A DNA stretch of 64,000 nt, taken from Myxococcales bacterium (GTDB lineage: Bacteria; Myxococcota_A; Polyangia; Polyangiales; DASUME01). The position numbers and the translations under genes were made by a program. This document shows, in pieces, positions 23,143 to 32,381 of the stretch. Each line of letters opens with the position of its first letter. The stretch's first letter is position 1. The stretch lies in the NCBI GenBank assembly GCA_047601445.1, contig JASGJH010000001.1:6368001-6432000 (forward strand), in the 5' to 3' direction. The notes beneath the pieces are model-generated. The model searched no databases. It was not told where the DNA came from and saw only the letters and a list, made by a program, of their open reading frames with translations.

Positions 23143-23838
23143 ATGGCGCGGAGCTATGTCCAGACCAAAGCCCTCGCGGTCTCTGCCATCGAAGAGCAGG
23201 GGGCGTTGCTGGTGTATCCGCTCGCGAACCGGCGTGATCCGCCCTCGTTGTGGCGCGTGCTCCATCCGCGCGTCGAGATGCGCTGGGCCTGGGATCAAGG
23301 CGCCGACGATCGCGTGGTGAAGCTGTGGCAGCTGCGGGAGGAGCTCGCGCGCGAGAAGCGCGTGGTGTACGGGAAGTGGTACCGGGGACGGGCCACCTTC
23401 TTCTCGCGTACGCTGTTCGTGGACATGTTGGCGGTACTACAGGGGGTGGAGGAGCCGCTCTCCGACGAGGCCAACGAGCTGCTTGCTCTGTTGCGGGACG
23501 ATTCACCGCAGTCCACCAAGGCGCTGCGCCGCGAGGCCGGACTCAGCGGTCGCGCCGGAGAGCACGTGTGGACACGCGCGCTGCGCGAGCTGTGGGAGCG
23601 TTGCCTGATCGTGGGCGTCGGCGAGATCGACGATGGGGCCTTTCCCTCGTTGGCAGTGGGCGCCACACAGACCCTGTTCGAGGACTTGTGGGACGAGGCG
23701 CAGCTCCGATCGCGGGAGTTAGCGCAGACCCAGGTGCAGGAGACGCTGAGCGGCACGGGCGTGGCGTTCCTCAAGATGTGGCGCGCGAGCCTGACTGCGC
23801 GCGCGAAAGTGACCGCGAGGGGCGTGAACGCGGTGTAG
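23143..23838 (+). CDS. AlkZ-related / winged-helix protein
   Basis: LW...W..REEL...VYGKWYRGRATFFS followed by a wHTH-like segment STKALRREAG...ALRELW. Confidence 0.55.
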   Translation: MARSYVQTKALAVSAIEEQGALLVYPLANRRDPPSLWRVLHPRVEMRWAWDQGADDRVVKLWQLREELAREKRVVYGKWYRGRATFFSRTLFVDMLAVLQGVEEPLSDEANELLALLRDDSPQSTKALRREAGLSGRAGEHVWTRALRELWERCLIVGVGEIDDGAFPSLAVGATQTLFEDLWDEAQLRSRELAQTQVQETLSGTGVAFLKMWRASLTARAKVTARGVNAV

Positions 23839-23865
23839 ATTGAACGCGGGGAAGCCGAGCGTTCG

Positions 23866-24960
23866 ATGCGTCATGCGATCGAAGTGCACGCCGTGAGCAA
23901 GTCCTTCGAAGTGGGCACGCGCCCGCCGCGCTGGAGAACCGGGCGGAGTGAGCGATCCGTCGTACAGGCCTTGCAGGAGGTCTCCATGCATGTCGCGGCG
24001 GGCGAGATCTTCGGGCTCGTCGGTCGCAACGGCTACGGCAAGACCACGCTCATCAAGTGCATCTGCGCGCTGCTCGAACCCAGTCAGGGACGGCTCACCG
24101 TGTTGGGACACGACGTCGTCCGAGAAGCGCAGGCGGTGCGCGCCGTACTCGGCTACGTGGGCGCCGACGAGCGCAGCTTCTACTTCCGCTTGAGCGGCCG
24201 GCAAAACCTGGAGTTCTTTGCGCGTCTACACGGCGTCTCCGCGGAGCGCGCCCGCGTGCGCATCGGCATGCTCGCCGAGCGCTTCGAGATCACGAGCCTG
24301 CTCGAGCGGCGTTTCTACGAGTATTCCACCGGCAACCGTCAGCGGCTCGCCATGGTGCGCGCGCTCTTGCACGACCCCAAGCTGCTAGTGCTGGACGAGC
24401 CCACGCGCAGCCTCGACGCCTTCGCCGCCGGCGGCCTGCGGCGTACGCTGAGGGAGTGGGTGCGCGAAGATGCCGAGCGCAGCGTGCTGATTACGAGCCA
24501 CAACCTGGAGGAGGTGGAGCAGCTCAGCCAACGCGTGGGCATCATGACGCGCGGCCGCCTGTCCCAGTGCGGCACCCTGGCCGAGCTGCGGGCACGCTTC
24601 GACGACCGCGAGTGGGTGCGCCTGTGGCTCGATGGGCCGGTGGACCTGAGCGAGCTACGCGCCAGCCTCGAGGGGCTCTCTGTGCTTGGGCTGCATGCGG
24701 GCGACGACGCGCTGCACGGCCACTTTCTGGAGTTTCGCCGGCAGGCGCGCGACGCGCTGTTGGATCGGGTGCTGAGGCAGCTCCCACGACAAGGACGGCG
24801 CCTGTTGTCCTTCGAGTGCCGTGAGCTCTCGCTGCAGGACATCGTAGACCGGGTGGACACGGGCAGGCCGGACCAGGAGGCTCCTCCTCCGAGGGAGCGT
24901 CTGAGCGTCGCGCCGGGCGAGCGCGTGCCGGCCGTCGAAGCCGCCTCGGAGCGACCATGA
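23866..24960 (+). CDS. ABC transporter ATP-binding protein
   Basis: GRNGYGKTT Walker A, YSTGNRQR signature, LVLDEPT. Confidence 0.92.
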   Translation: MRHAIEVHAVSKSFEVGTRPPRWRTGRSERSVVQALQEVSMHVAAGEIFGLVGRNGYGKTTLIKCICALLEPSQGRLTVLGHDVVREAQAVRAVLGYVGADERSFYFRLSGRQNLEFFARLHGVSAERARVRIGMLAERFEITSLLERRFYEYSTGNRQRLAMVRALLHDPKLLVLDEPTRSLDAFAAGGLRRTLREWVREDAERSVLITSHNLEEVEQLSQRVGIMTRGRLSQCGTLAELRARFDDREWVRLWLDGPVDLSELRASLEGLSVLGLHAGDDALHGHFLEFRRQARDALLDRVLRQLPRQGRRLLSFECRELSLQDIVDRVDTGRPDQEAPPPRERLSVAPGERVPAVEAASERP

Positions 24961-25757
24961 ACTTCTGGCGCTGTGCGTTCGCGTTCTTCGCGCGGGATGC
25001 GGCCCTGGCCCTCAGCTATCCGGTCTCCTTCGCGCTCGCCCTGCTCGGGACCATCGGGCGCACCCTCATGCTCTGGCTGCCGGCTCAGCTGATGGAGGAC
25101 AGCAGCCTCTTCACGGGCGCGCGCGGCTTCTTGGCCTACTCCATCGTGGGGACCTCCATGGTGGGCATCTTCCTGGCCAGCTACGGCGGCGTGGCCAGCT
25201 CGGTGCGCAGCGAGCAGGCCATGGGGACCCTGGAGTCGGTGCTCATGACGCCGGCCACCCTACCGGCCGTAGTGCTCGGGGCGAGTCTGTGGAGTGTGTC
25301 CCTGGCGCTGATCGACGCAGGCCTGACCTTGGCGATGGGCGCGCTGGCTTTCGGCGTGGAGCTGCGCGGGAACTTCCTCGCGGCCGCGCTGCTGGTGTTC
25401 CTCACCAATCTCAGCTTCGCGGCGGTGGGTGTGCTGTCGGCGTCGTTCGCGGTGGTGTTCAAGAAGGGGGATCCCTTTCGGATCCTGGTGGCGGGCGCGT
25501 CGTTCCTGGCCGGGGGCGTGTTTTACCCGAACGAGATCCTGCCGCGCTGGATGCAGCTCTGTGCGCAGGGCCTGCCCGTGACCCACGGTGTGCGCGCGCT
25601 GCGCGGCGTGTTGCTCCAGGGAGAGAGCCTGTTCGCCTTCACCACTGAACTCATTGCGCTGCTCGGCTTCGCAGTAGTCGGCGTGCCGCTCGCGATCGCG
25701 TGCTTCGCGTGGTCACTTCGTCTGGCCAAGCGTGAGGGAAGTTTGCTCCAATACTGA
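24957..25757 (+). CDS. ABC-2 type permease
   Basis: Multiple TMs, EQAMGTLESVLMTP, GGVFYP..LP.W; ATGA overlap with the ATPase. Confidence 0.9.
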   Translation: MNFWRCAFAFFARDAALALSYPVSFALALLGTIGRTLMLWLPAQLMEDSSLFTGARGFLAYSIVGTSMVGIFLASYGGVASSVRSEQAMGTLESVLMTPATLPAVVLGASLWSVSLALIDAGLTLAMGALAFGVELRGNFLAAALLVFLTNLSFAAVGVLSASFAVVFKKGDPFRILVAGASFLAGGVFYPNEILPRWMQLCAQGLPVTHGVRALRGVLLQGESLFAFTTELIALLGFAVVGVPLAIACFAWSLRLAKREGSLLQY

Positions 25758-25759
25758 GC

Positions 25760-26077
25760 ATGCACTCCAAGCCCCCATTGGCCCGCGCGCTGGCCATGAG
25801 CACCATCGTGGTCGCCGCAGGGGGACGCGTGTCCACCGTGCACTCGCCGGAGAAGCGAAACGAGACCGTCCTGGTCCACGTGGCCACCGGCAAGTACTAC
25901 AGTCTCAACCGCGCTGGTAGCTTCGTCTGGGAGCAGCTCAAGAAACCGGTAAGCTTGGGGCAAATCGTGGATGTGATGGTGACCAAGTTCGATGTCGATC
26001 GGCCGCGCTGCGAGGCGGACGTGCGTGACATCATCGCGAGCCTACTCGATGCCGGTTTGGTCCAAGCTCGCCCCTAG
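25760..26077 (+). CDS. PqqD-family RiPP recognition element (lasso B1-like)
   Basis: ETVLV....GKYYSLN..GSFVW..L...FDVD...CEADV...L...GLV. Confidence 0.9.
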   Translation: MHSKPPLARALAMSTIVVAAGGRVSTVHSPEKRNETVLVHVATGKYYSLNRAGSFVWEQLKKPVSLGQIVDVMVTKFDVDRPRCEADVRDIIASLLDAGLVQARP

Positions 26078-26525
26078 TCTGCGAAGCCTCTCGCGCCTGG
26101 GCAGACGTTCACCGCGCGAGCAACTGTTGGTGGTGGAGGCGGCTGCGCATTTGGTGGCGGCCAAGGCCATGCTGAAGCTGCTGCCGTTCGAGCACTGGCG
26201 CAGTCAGCTGGCGCGTGAGCCTGTGCAAGGGAGCGCGGTGCTGCCGTCGGCGCCGCGGCTGTCGGAGCTCGCGTGGGCCGTGAACGGCGTGGGGGCGCGC
26301 TTCCCGGAGCGCTTGAACTGCCTGCCCCGAGCCCTCGCCACGCGCTGGATGATGCAGCGTCGGGGCTGGTCGAGCAGCCTGGAGATCGGCGTAGCGCGCG
26401 ATGCCCAGGGCAACCTGGAGGCCCACGCGTGGATTGAGCATGAGGGCCAGGTGGTGATTGGGCTGGTACCGAACCTCGAGCGCTTCCAGAAGCTGCCCGA
26501 GGTGGCTGCACAGCACCTGCGTTGA
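26049..26525 (+). CDS. lasso peptide B2-like transglutaminase-fold peptidase
   Basis: NCLPRALA (catalytic Cys), LEIGV, AHAWIE (catalytic His); start uncertain. Confidence 0.88.
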   Translation: MPVWSKLAPSLRSLSRLGRRSPREQLLVVEAAAHLVAAKAMLKLLPFEHWRSQLAREPVQGSAVLPSAPRLSELAWAVNGVGARFPERLNCLPRALATRWMMQRRGWSSSLEIGVARDAQGNLEAHAWIEHEGQVVIGLVPNLERFQKLPEVAAQHLR

Positions 26526-26568
26526 AGCGCTGTCTCGGGCGCCTTACCGCTCTTGGTGACGACTCTCG

Positions 26569-27492
26569 CTAGCGCGCTGTCTCGAGCAGCCGCTGCGCGG
26601 TGTAGAGTCGATACTTGCCCGACCGGTCGGAGGAAAACACGATGTAGGACTGATCGTCACTCAGCCAGGCGTCGCGGTCATCGGCGTCACTGTTGAGTTC
26701 GCTGAGTTCTTTCAGGAACTGAAAGGGCGCTCCAGGCGCGTCGCGGCCTGCGAGCACGAGGTCCTCGTCGTCCGTGTAGAGCAAGTGCAGCGCGTCGGCC
26801 GCGGGGAAGGCGTCGGTCTCGGCTCCGTCGCGATCGAGCTCGCTCAGCGGCTGTGGTTCTCCCCAGTCGTCGGCGGGGTGGGCGCGTTCGGCCGCGTAGA
26901 GCGCATAGTCTTCGTCTTCTCCTGCACGCCGCGCCAAGTAGGCCATGAGCGCATCGCGGTCGACGGCGCTGATCAGGTCGTCTCCCGGCGAGCTGAGAGT
27001 GGAGACGCGCTCTGGACTCCCCCAAGCGGCATCGCGCGTTTGGCGTCGAGCGACGTAGACGTCGAGTCCTCCAGCTCCTCCGGGACGATCACTGCTGAAC
27101 CAAAGGGAGAGGCCGTCACCGGAGAGCGCGAGGCCCGTCTCTCGGTGCTCGCTGTTGAGCTCGCTGACTGCCTCTGGCGTGGTCCATGGGTCCTCGAGAC
27201 GGGTCCGCGTGGCGAACCAGATGTCCTCGCGTGCGGTGCCTTCGCCATGCCGATTGAAGAACAGCGACAACCCGTCTGCGCTCAAGGAGGGATCATCGTC
27301 GTCGAGGTCTGTGTCTTCAGCCAGCTCCAGCAGACGTGGCTCGCCAAACTCGGGAACAGCGAGCGCGCCGGCGTCGGACTCCGCTGTTGGACGACCTGCG
27401 CCCAGTCGTAGCTGCTTCCCGTCACAACCCACGACGAGCAGCGCGACCATCTCCACCGCGAGAGCGAGCGCAACCTGGTGCGGTCTTGGCAC
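26569..27492 (-). CDS. TolB-like (PD40) beta-propeller lipoprotein
   Basis: Lipobox LVVGC; repeats PSLSADGLSLFF, LSGDGLSLWFSSDRPGG, ELNS..D. Confidence 0.8.
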   Translation of the reverse strand: MPRPHQVALALAVEMVALLVVGCDGKQLRLGAGRPTAESDAGALAVPEFGEPRLLELAEDTDLDDDDPSLSADGLSLFFNRHGEGTAREDIWFATRTRLEDPWTTPEAVSELNSEHRETGLALSGDGLSLWFSSDRPGGAGGLDVYVARRQTRDAAWGSPERVSTLSSPGDDLISAVDRDALMAYLARRAGEDEDYALYAAERAHPADDWGEPQPLSELDRDGAETDAFPAADALHLLYTDDEDLVLAGRDAPGAPFQFLKELSELNSDADDRDAWLSDDQSYIVFSSDRSGKYRLYTAQRLLETAR

Positions 27493-27494
27493 CT

Positions 27495-28238
27495 CTACCT
27501 GCCGAGCGCGCGGGTCAGACTGCGCACCCGAGCGGAATGTGCGGAGCCTGGGTAGAGCTGCAAGAAGCGCCGTGCTGCGACGCGTGCTGCTTCTGGTTCG
27601 ATCGATGAGAGCGCCTCGATCTCGAGGACCATCGCCTCTTCTCGCAACGTTCCTCGTGGGAAGCTTCGGGCATGCTCGGTCAACGCAGCTAGCGCGGCGC
27701 CGGCATTCCCCTGGGCGAGGTGGGTGCGCGCACGATCGAGGAGGGCGATCTCACGGGTGAGCCCCGAGGCGGGCAGGGGACTGGACACCGGCGCATACTC
27801 GCCTTGAACCGGAGAGGAAGAGGGTGCAGCGACGGACGACGGCAGGACCCCCTGCGGCGCACTTGGCTGCACCGCACTCGGCACGCTGATCGCGCGCTGG
27901 CCGTAGATGGCCCCGGCGAGGCCGAGTCCGGCAGCTACCACGGCTAGCAGGATGGAGGACACCTTCGTGCCTACTACAGGAGCCAGGCTGGCGGTTCCGA
28001 CGCCACCCGCGGCAGCTCCCGCCGCACTCGGCGACGCAGAGGGCGCTCCACCCAGGGCTGGTACCCCGGAGGCTCCGCCCGCTTCGACGCCAGACACGAA
28101 GGCAGTCGAGGCCAGGCCCAGCGCCAGATTCAGACGTGCTCTTCCTTCGGGAGGTGGTTCCTCGAGCCAGCCTGCTCGCAGCAGCTCACGCTCGGTCTCG
28201 GTGGCACCGTCTTGGAGGAGCCTTGGCTCGCTGTTCAT
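27495..28238 (-). CDS. membrane protein coupled to the ECF sigma (putative anti-sigma) with C-terminal TPR-like domain
   Basis: ATGA overlap with the sigma stop; N-terminal ERELLRAG, Ala/Gly linker, one TM, Pro/Ser linker, EIALLDRAR...FPRGTLREEA...YPGS. Confidence 0.75.
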   Translation of the reverse strand: MNSEPRLLQDGATETERELLRAGWLEEPPPEGRARLNLALGLASTAFVSGVEAGGASGVPALGGAPSASPSAAGAAAGGVGTASLAPVVGTKVSSILLAVVAAGLGLAGAIYGQRAISVPSAVQPSAPQGVLPSSVAAPSSSPVQGEYAPVSSPLPASGLTREIALLDRARTHLAQGNAGAALAALTEHARSFPRGTLREEAMVLEIEALSSIEPEAARVAARRFLQLYPGSAHSARVRSLTRALGR

Positions 28239-28825
28239 GTTCCGCTCCGCTCCGTCGTGGGCCCGCCTTCGTGGGCCACCAGCTCGCGAAAGCGCTCGCG
28301 TGCGCGACGCAGGCGCGATGCCACGGTTCCCAGGGCCAAGCCCGCCATGTCGGCGATCTCGGGGGCCGTCAATCCCTCCAGCTCGTAGAGCACGAACACC
28401 GTTCTCAGCTCGAATGGAAGCTGCGCCAGGATGCCGTCCAGTCGCTCGCGGGCGCGGCGCTGCTCCAGGAGCTCATCGGGCGCAGGTGTGAGCGAAGGTC
28501 GTGCGTCCGCATCGACGCCGTCCGCCTCTCGCCCGAGGCTGCGTCGCATGGCCTGCGCCACGCGCAGCGCGGTTCCGTAGGCAAAGCTGCGTTCGCGACC
28601 CGGCGTGATGTCCGACAAGCGCTCGGCGACGATCAGGAAGACTTGCTGCGTGGCGTCGTCGGCGCTCGCGGGGGCACAGCCGAGTCGGCGCAAGAGTCGC
28701 CAAATGAAGCGATAGTCCTCGGTCACCGAGCGCTCGAGTCGAGCACGCTCGAGTGCACTCGGCTGAGAGTCCACCTGCGCACAAGATGAGTTCGTGAGAC
28801 TCGCCGCCACGCCGGGATAATGCAT
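28235..28825 (-). CDS. ECF RNA polymerase sigma factor
   Basis: FIWRLLRRLG...DDATQQVF (region 2), VFVLYELEGL..PEIA...GTVASRLRRAR (region 4); true start may be downstream of 28825. Confidence 0.92.
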   Translation of the reverse strand: MHYPGVAASLTNSSCAQVDSQPSALERARLERSVTEDYRFIWRLLRRLGCAPASADDATQQVFLIVAERLSDITPGRERSFAYGTALRVAQAMRRSLGREADGVDADARPSLTPAPDELLEQRRARERLDGILAQLPFELRTVFVLYELEGLTAPEIADMAGLALGTVASRLRRARERFRELVAHEGGPTTERSGT

Positions 28826-28841
28826 TGGGGGCCCGATTCGA

Positions 28842-30024
28842 TCACCAGATCCGGATTCCGATGCCGATTTGCGCCCGGTATGTCAGGTGGGGCACCGCAT
28901 AGACGTGCTCCTCGCCGAGCAAGAAGCTGTGACGCCACAACGGAAAGAGCAGCTCGCCCTCCGCGAACAGGGAGACGCGCCGCCACAGGTGGAAAAATAC
29001 GCCGCCACCGGGTCCCAGTGCGCCCCAAGGAGCGGTCCGCTGCGTCGGTTCGAGCGTGTCCGAGCCGCTCGCTCTCATCTGACCGAACTCAGCGCTACCG
29101 CAGGCCGCGAGCGCAACGCGGCTCGTCGCAACCGCGAAGCGAAGACACAAGCTGGTGGCGGCCGCGAACCAGCGGAAGGAGGCCACTCCCTCACCCCTTT
29201 GCACGTCGAGCGGAAGGACGCTGCGCAGGCCCGCCCGGGCACTCAACTCGCCCCACGAGAATGAGCTCGTCAGGACTCCGCTCAGCGCGAGCCCTGGACG
29301 GAACATCGGGTGCAACGCCCGAAACGACGAGCGCGCCGAGTTCGAGGTTCCCATGCAGGTTGCGCGGTTGCGGCTCGGGCTCAGCCTCGGAAGTTTGCGG
29401 TGAGACCGGGACCCGGCTCGTGTCTGCGACTGAGGGGGCAGAATTGGCCGCCGAAGAGGGTGGACTCGTCGTTTCGCCCGTGGTCGGCGCCGCCGGCTTC
29501 GACGGTGCAGCGGCCTCGACGGAGGCATCGGACGCTCTAACTTGCGAGCCGGACACTCGCGACCGGGGCGTGGCCGAGGGGGGGTGGCGTGTCCCCTCGC
29601 GGGCACTCGAGTCCGTCGAGATCGAGCCCGCGGAACTCGGGTCGAGCATCAGCGCAGCGATCAAGGCGAGAGCATCCACGCCCTCCTGACAGTTGCGCGC
29701 TTCGATGCGCCGCTCGGCCGCGAGCCCCGAAGGCTGCACCCATGACACGCGTCCCACGATCTCGGATGCACCGGCCCCATGCTCGAGGGTCACGCTCAGC
29801 TGTCCCTGAGGTACGGCCGAGGCCGCAGCTGGGCTCAGGCGTGCGGTCACACGCTCCAGGAACAGGGCACGCCCCGGACAATCGGGTGGGGCGTCGTACC
29901 GCACCCCTGACAGCACTCGGTTTTGAGCGGGCGCCGGGCCGTCCACCGCCTGGGCATGCGCGACGCCCGCCCATGCGAGCGCGCTCGAACACGACAGAAC
30001 TGCTCGAAGAGTCCGGAAAAACAC
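28842..30024 (-). pseudogene. secreted / outer-membrane beta-barrel-type protein split by a frameshift near 29305
   Basis: The N-part (signal peptide, YDAPPDCP, RRIEARNC...ALIAALMLDP) is in ORF 29191-30024; the amphipathic beta-strand C-part ending GIGIRIW is in ORF 28842-29606; the frames switch at ...GVAPD / MFRPGLAL. Confidence 0.65.
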
Positions 30025-30188
30025 CGCGGTCGCACTCTACCGCGAACGCACCCCGTGACGGACGCTTCATTGACTCGACCGGCCAGCAGAGCGCCTGCTT
30101 TGGTTCCCTATCGGACCCGCTCCTTGGAGCTGCCAGGATTTTCTTGTGTCCGCCGTGATCGATTTGCCATGGCTCGGACATCACGGGC

Positions 30189-31139
30189 ATGAGCTCACGC
30201 GAGTCCTGCACATCATCCTTCTTCGGTCACCGAGTCTCGATACCGCTCGCACTTCTGCTGCTGTGTTCATGCGAGCCGACGTCTACCAGTCGAGCTCCGA
30301 GCTCGACGCCCGACAACGAGGCTCATGGCGATCGGGTTGGAGACGGGGATGGGAATGGAGACGGCGACAGCCCCTCCGATCCGGAGGACGATCGTCCGAC
30401 CGACGACGCAGGCGATCCCGGCGACGATCGCGACGTGCCCGATGCTGGGGACACTGACGACGGCGAGCGCGACGCTGGTGCTGGCAATCCAGCAGGAGAT
30501 GGCGATGGAGACGGCCTTCCCGAGGCGGAGCCGACCATCGTGGGCAAGGGTGGAATCGTGCACTCCACCATCGTGGTGCAGGCGGGTGAGGTGTTCGACG
30601 GCGACAACAAACGTTATACGGCAGGCTCCGAGCTCGGCGACGGCAGTCAGAGTGAGACCCAGAAGCCTGTCTTCAAGCTAGAAGACGGCGCCAGACTCCA
30701 GAACGTGGTGCTCGGTTCACCTGCGGCCGATGGCATCCACACCCACGGAGACGTGACGCTGAAAAACATCCACTGGGAAGACATCGGCGAAGACGCTCTG
30801 ACGATCAAGGCGTCGGGCACCGTGGTGCTCGACGGGGGCTCCGCACAAGACGGTGAGGACAAGGTCTTTCAGATCAACGCCGCGAGCACGTTCCATGTGA
30901 TGAACTTCGAGGCGCACAACGCGGGCAAGTTCATTCGTCAAAACGGCGGTACCAAGTTCAAAGTCGACGTGATCATCGACCACTGTGACATCTCCAGGAT
31001 GGACGAAGCCATCTTCCGCACCGACAGCGATGTGAGCACGGTGGCGATGCACGACACCCGCTACAGCGAGATCGGCAAGGAACTCTTCATGGGCGTCGAA
31101 CCTGGGAACGTCACCCAATCGGGCAACACCGAGTACTGA
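30189..31139 (+). CDS. pectate lyase, PL3 family, lipoprotein
   Basis: FDG...Y...LGDGSQSETQKPVFKLEDGA.L.NV, ADGIH, WEDIGEDALT, DKVFQIN; GDGDG linker. Confidence 0.88.
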   Translation: MSSRESCTSSFFGHRVSIPLALLLLCSCEPTSTSRAPSSTPDNEAHGDRVGDGDGNGDGDSPSDPEDDRPTDDAGDPGDDRDVPDAGDTDDGERDAGAGNPAGDGDGDGLPEAEPTIVGKGGIVHSTIVVQAGEVFDGDNKRYTAGSELGDGSQSETQKPVFKLEDGARLQNVVLGSPAADGIHTHGDVTLKNIHWEDIGEDALTIKASGTVVLDGGSAQDGEDKVFQINAASTFHVMNFEAHNAGKFIRQNGGTKFKVDVIIDHCDISRMDEAIFRTDSDVSTVAMHDTRYSEIGKELFMGVEPGNVTQSGNTEY

Positions 31140-31181
31140 CGCATCACGTGCTTCGGCGTCGGCGCCGGGCGAAAGGAAAAC

Positions 31182-32321
31182 ATGTCAGCGTGGTCCAAGC
31201 GGGCGCGTCTCTGCGCCCTGCTGCTCACGGCGAGTGGCTGCAGCAATGGAACCGAGCCTCACACGCAAGCCGGTGCGGGCGATGGGGACGGCTCCGCCTC
31301 CCTGGAAGGCGACGCGGGCTCCCCGGAGCAAGGGGACGGCAGCGACGACAGCGACCAAGGGGATGGTGGCTCCGAGTCCGTCGAAGATTGCGTGCAAGGT
31401 ACGTACGCAGCCATGGCGCGCCCGCTGGATATGTTCATATTGCTCGATCAATCCGGCTCGATGACCGAAGACGACGATCGCTGGACCCCGACCACGGAGG
31501 CGATCGCGAGCTTCGTGGAGACCTCGGGCATTGCGCGCACCGGGGTTGCCCTGCAGTATTTCCCGCTCGGCTCGAGCGACGCAGAGAAATGCGAGAGCGA
31601 GCGCTACGAGGAACCTGACGTGGCGATGGGTGAGCTGCCTGGCAATGCCATGGCCATCACGTCGTCCCTGACGGCTCACTACTTCGATCAGGCGGGCTGC
31701 TGCACCGACGAACACAGCGGCACGCCGACCCGGCCGGCCGTCGAGGGAGCGATCGCCTACATGCGGACCCACCTCGGCAAGCATCCGGACCACGTGGGCG
31801 TGCTCCTGCTGGCCACCGACGGGGAGCCGAGCGACGTGTGCGACGACAACAAAGTCGAAGACGTGGCGAAGGTGATCCGAGCGGCCGCCATGAGCTCCCC
31901 ACCCATCCGCACCTACGTCATCGGGATTGGCAAAGACGAACAACTCGCCGAGATGGCGGAGGCGGGCGGCACCGGACGCGGGCCCATTGCCATCGATGGT
32001 AGCGGCGCACGTACCGAGAGCGATCTCGCGGAAGCGTTGGCGCTAATCCGCAACGAGGTTTTGCCTTGCGACTACCCAGTCGCCAACGTGGCGGATCCCA
32101 CCAGTTTGAACGTCGAGCGATCGCGTAGCGGTCAGGCGCAAACGCTGGTCAATGTTCCGAAGCTCGAGTCGTGCAGCGAAGCGAACAGCAACGGCTGGTA
32201 CTACGACGACCCCAACGCTCCGAGCCGCGTCGTGCTGTGCCCTGACACGTGTGCAGACGTGGGCAGCGACGCGCTCGCCACCATCCGCATCGTGGAGGGC
32301 TGCGCGATCGTCGTGCTCTAG
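31182..32321 (+). CDS. vWA-domain lipoprotein
   Basis: Lipobox ASGC, MIDAS LLDQSGSM, GTPT, LATDG, C-terminal GWYYD...LCP..C. Confidence 0.85.
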   Translation: MSAWSKRARLCALLLTASGCSNGTEPHTQAGAGDGDGSASLEGDAGSPEQGDGSDDSDQGDGGSESVEDCVQGTYAAMARPLDMFILLDQSGSMTEDDDRWTPTTEAIASFVETSGIARTGVALQYFPLGSSDAEKCESERYEEPDVAMGELPGNAMAITSSLTAHYFDQAGCCTDEHSGTPTRPAVEGAIAYMRTHLGKHPDHVGVLLLATDGEPSDVCDDNKVEDVAKVIRAAAMSSPPIRTYVIGIGKDEQLAEMAEAGGTGRGPIAIDGSGARTESDLAEALALIRNEVLPCDYPVANVADPTSLNVERSRSGQAQTLVNVPKLESCSEANSNGWYYDDPNAPSRVVLCPDTCADVGSDALATIRIVEGCAIVVL

Positions 32322-32381
32322 CGTGCGATGCCAGCACCAGCCATGGCGGCTTCGGCTTGGTCGCTCGAGGGCGGTTCTAGC

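Noticed and set aside
23060..26570. Lasso precursor peptide near the B1/B2 genes
   Set aside because: Intergenic gaps are too short and no small ORF with a YxxPxL...T leader was found by eye
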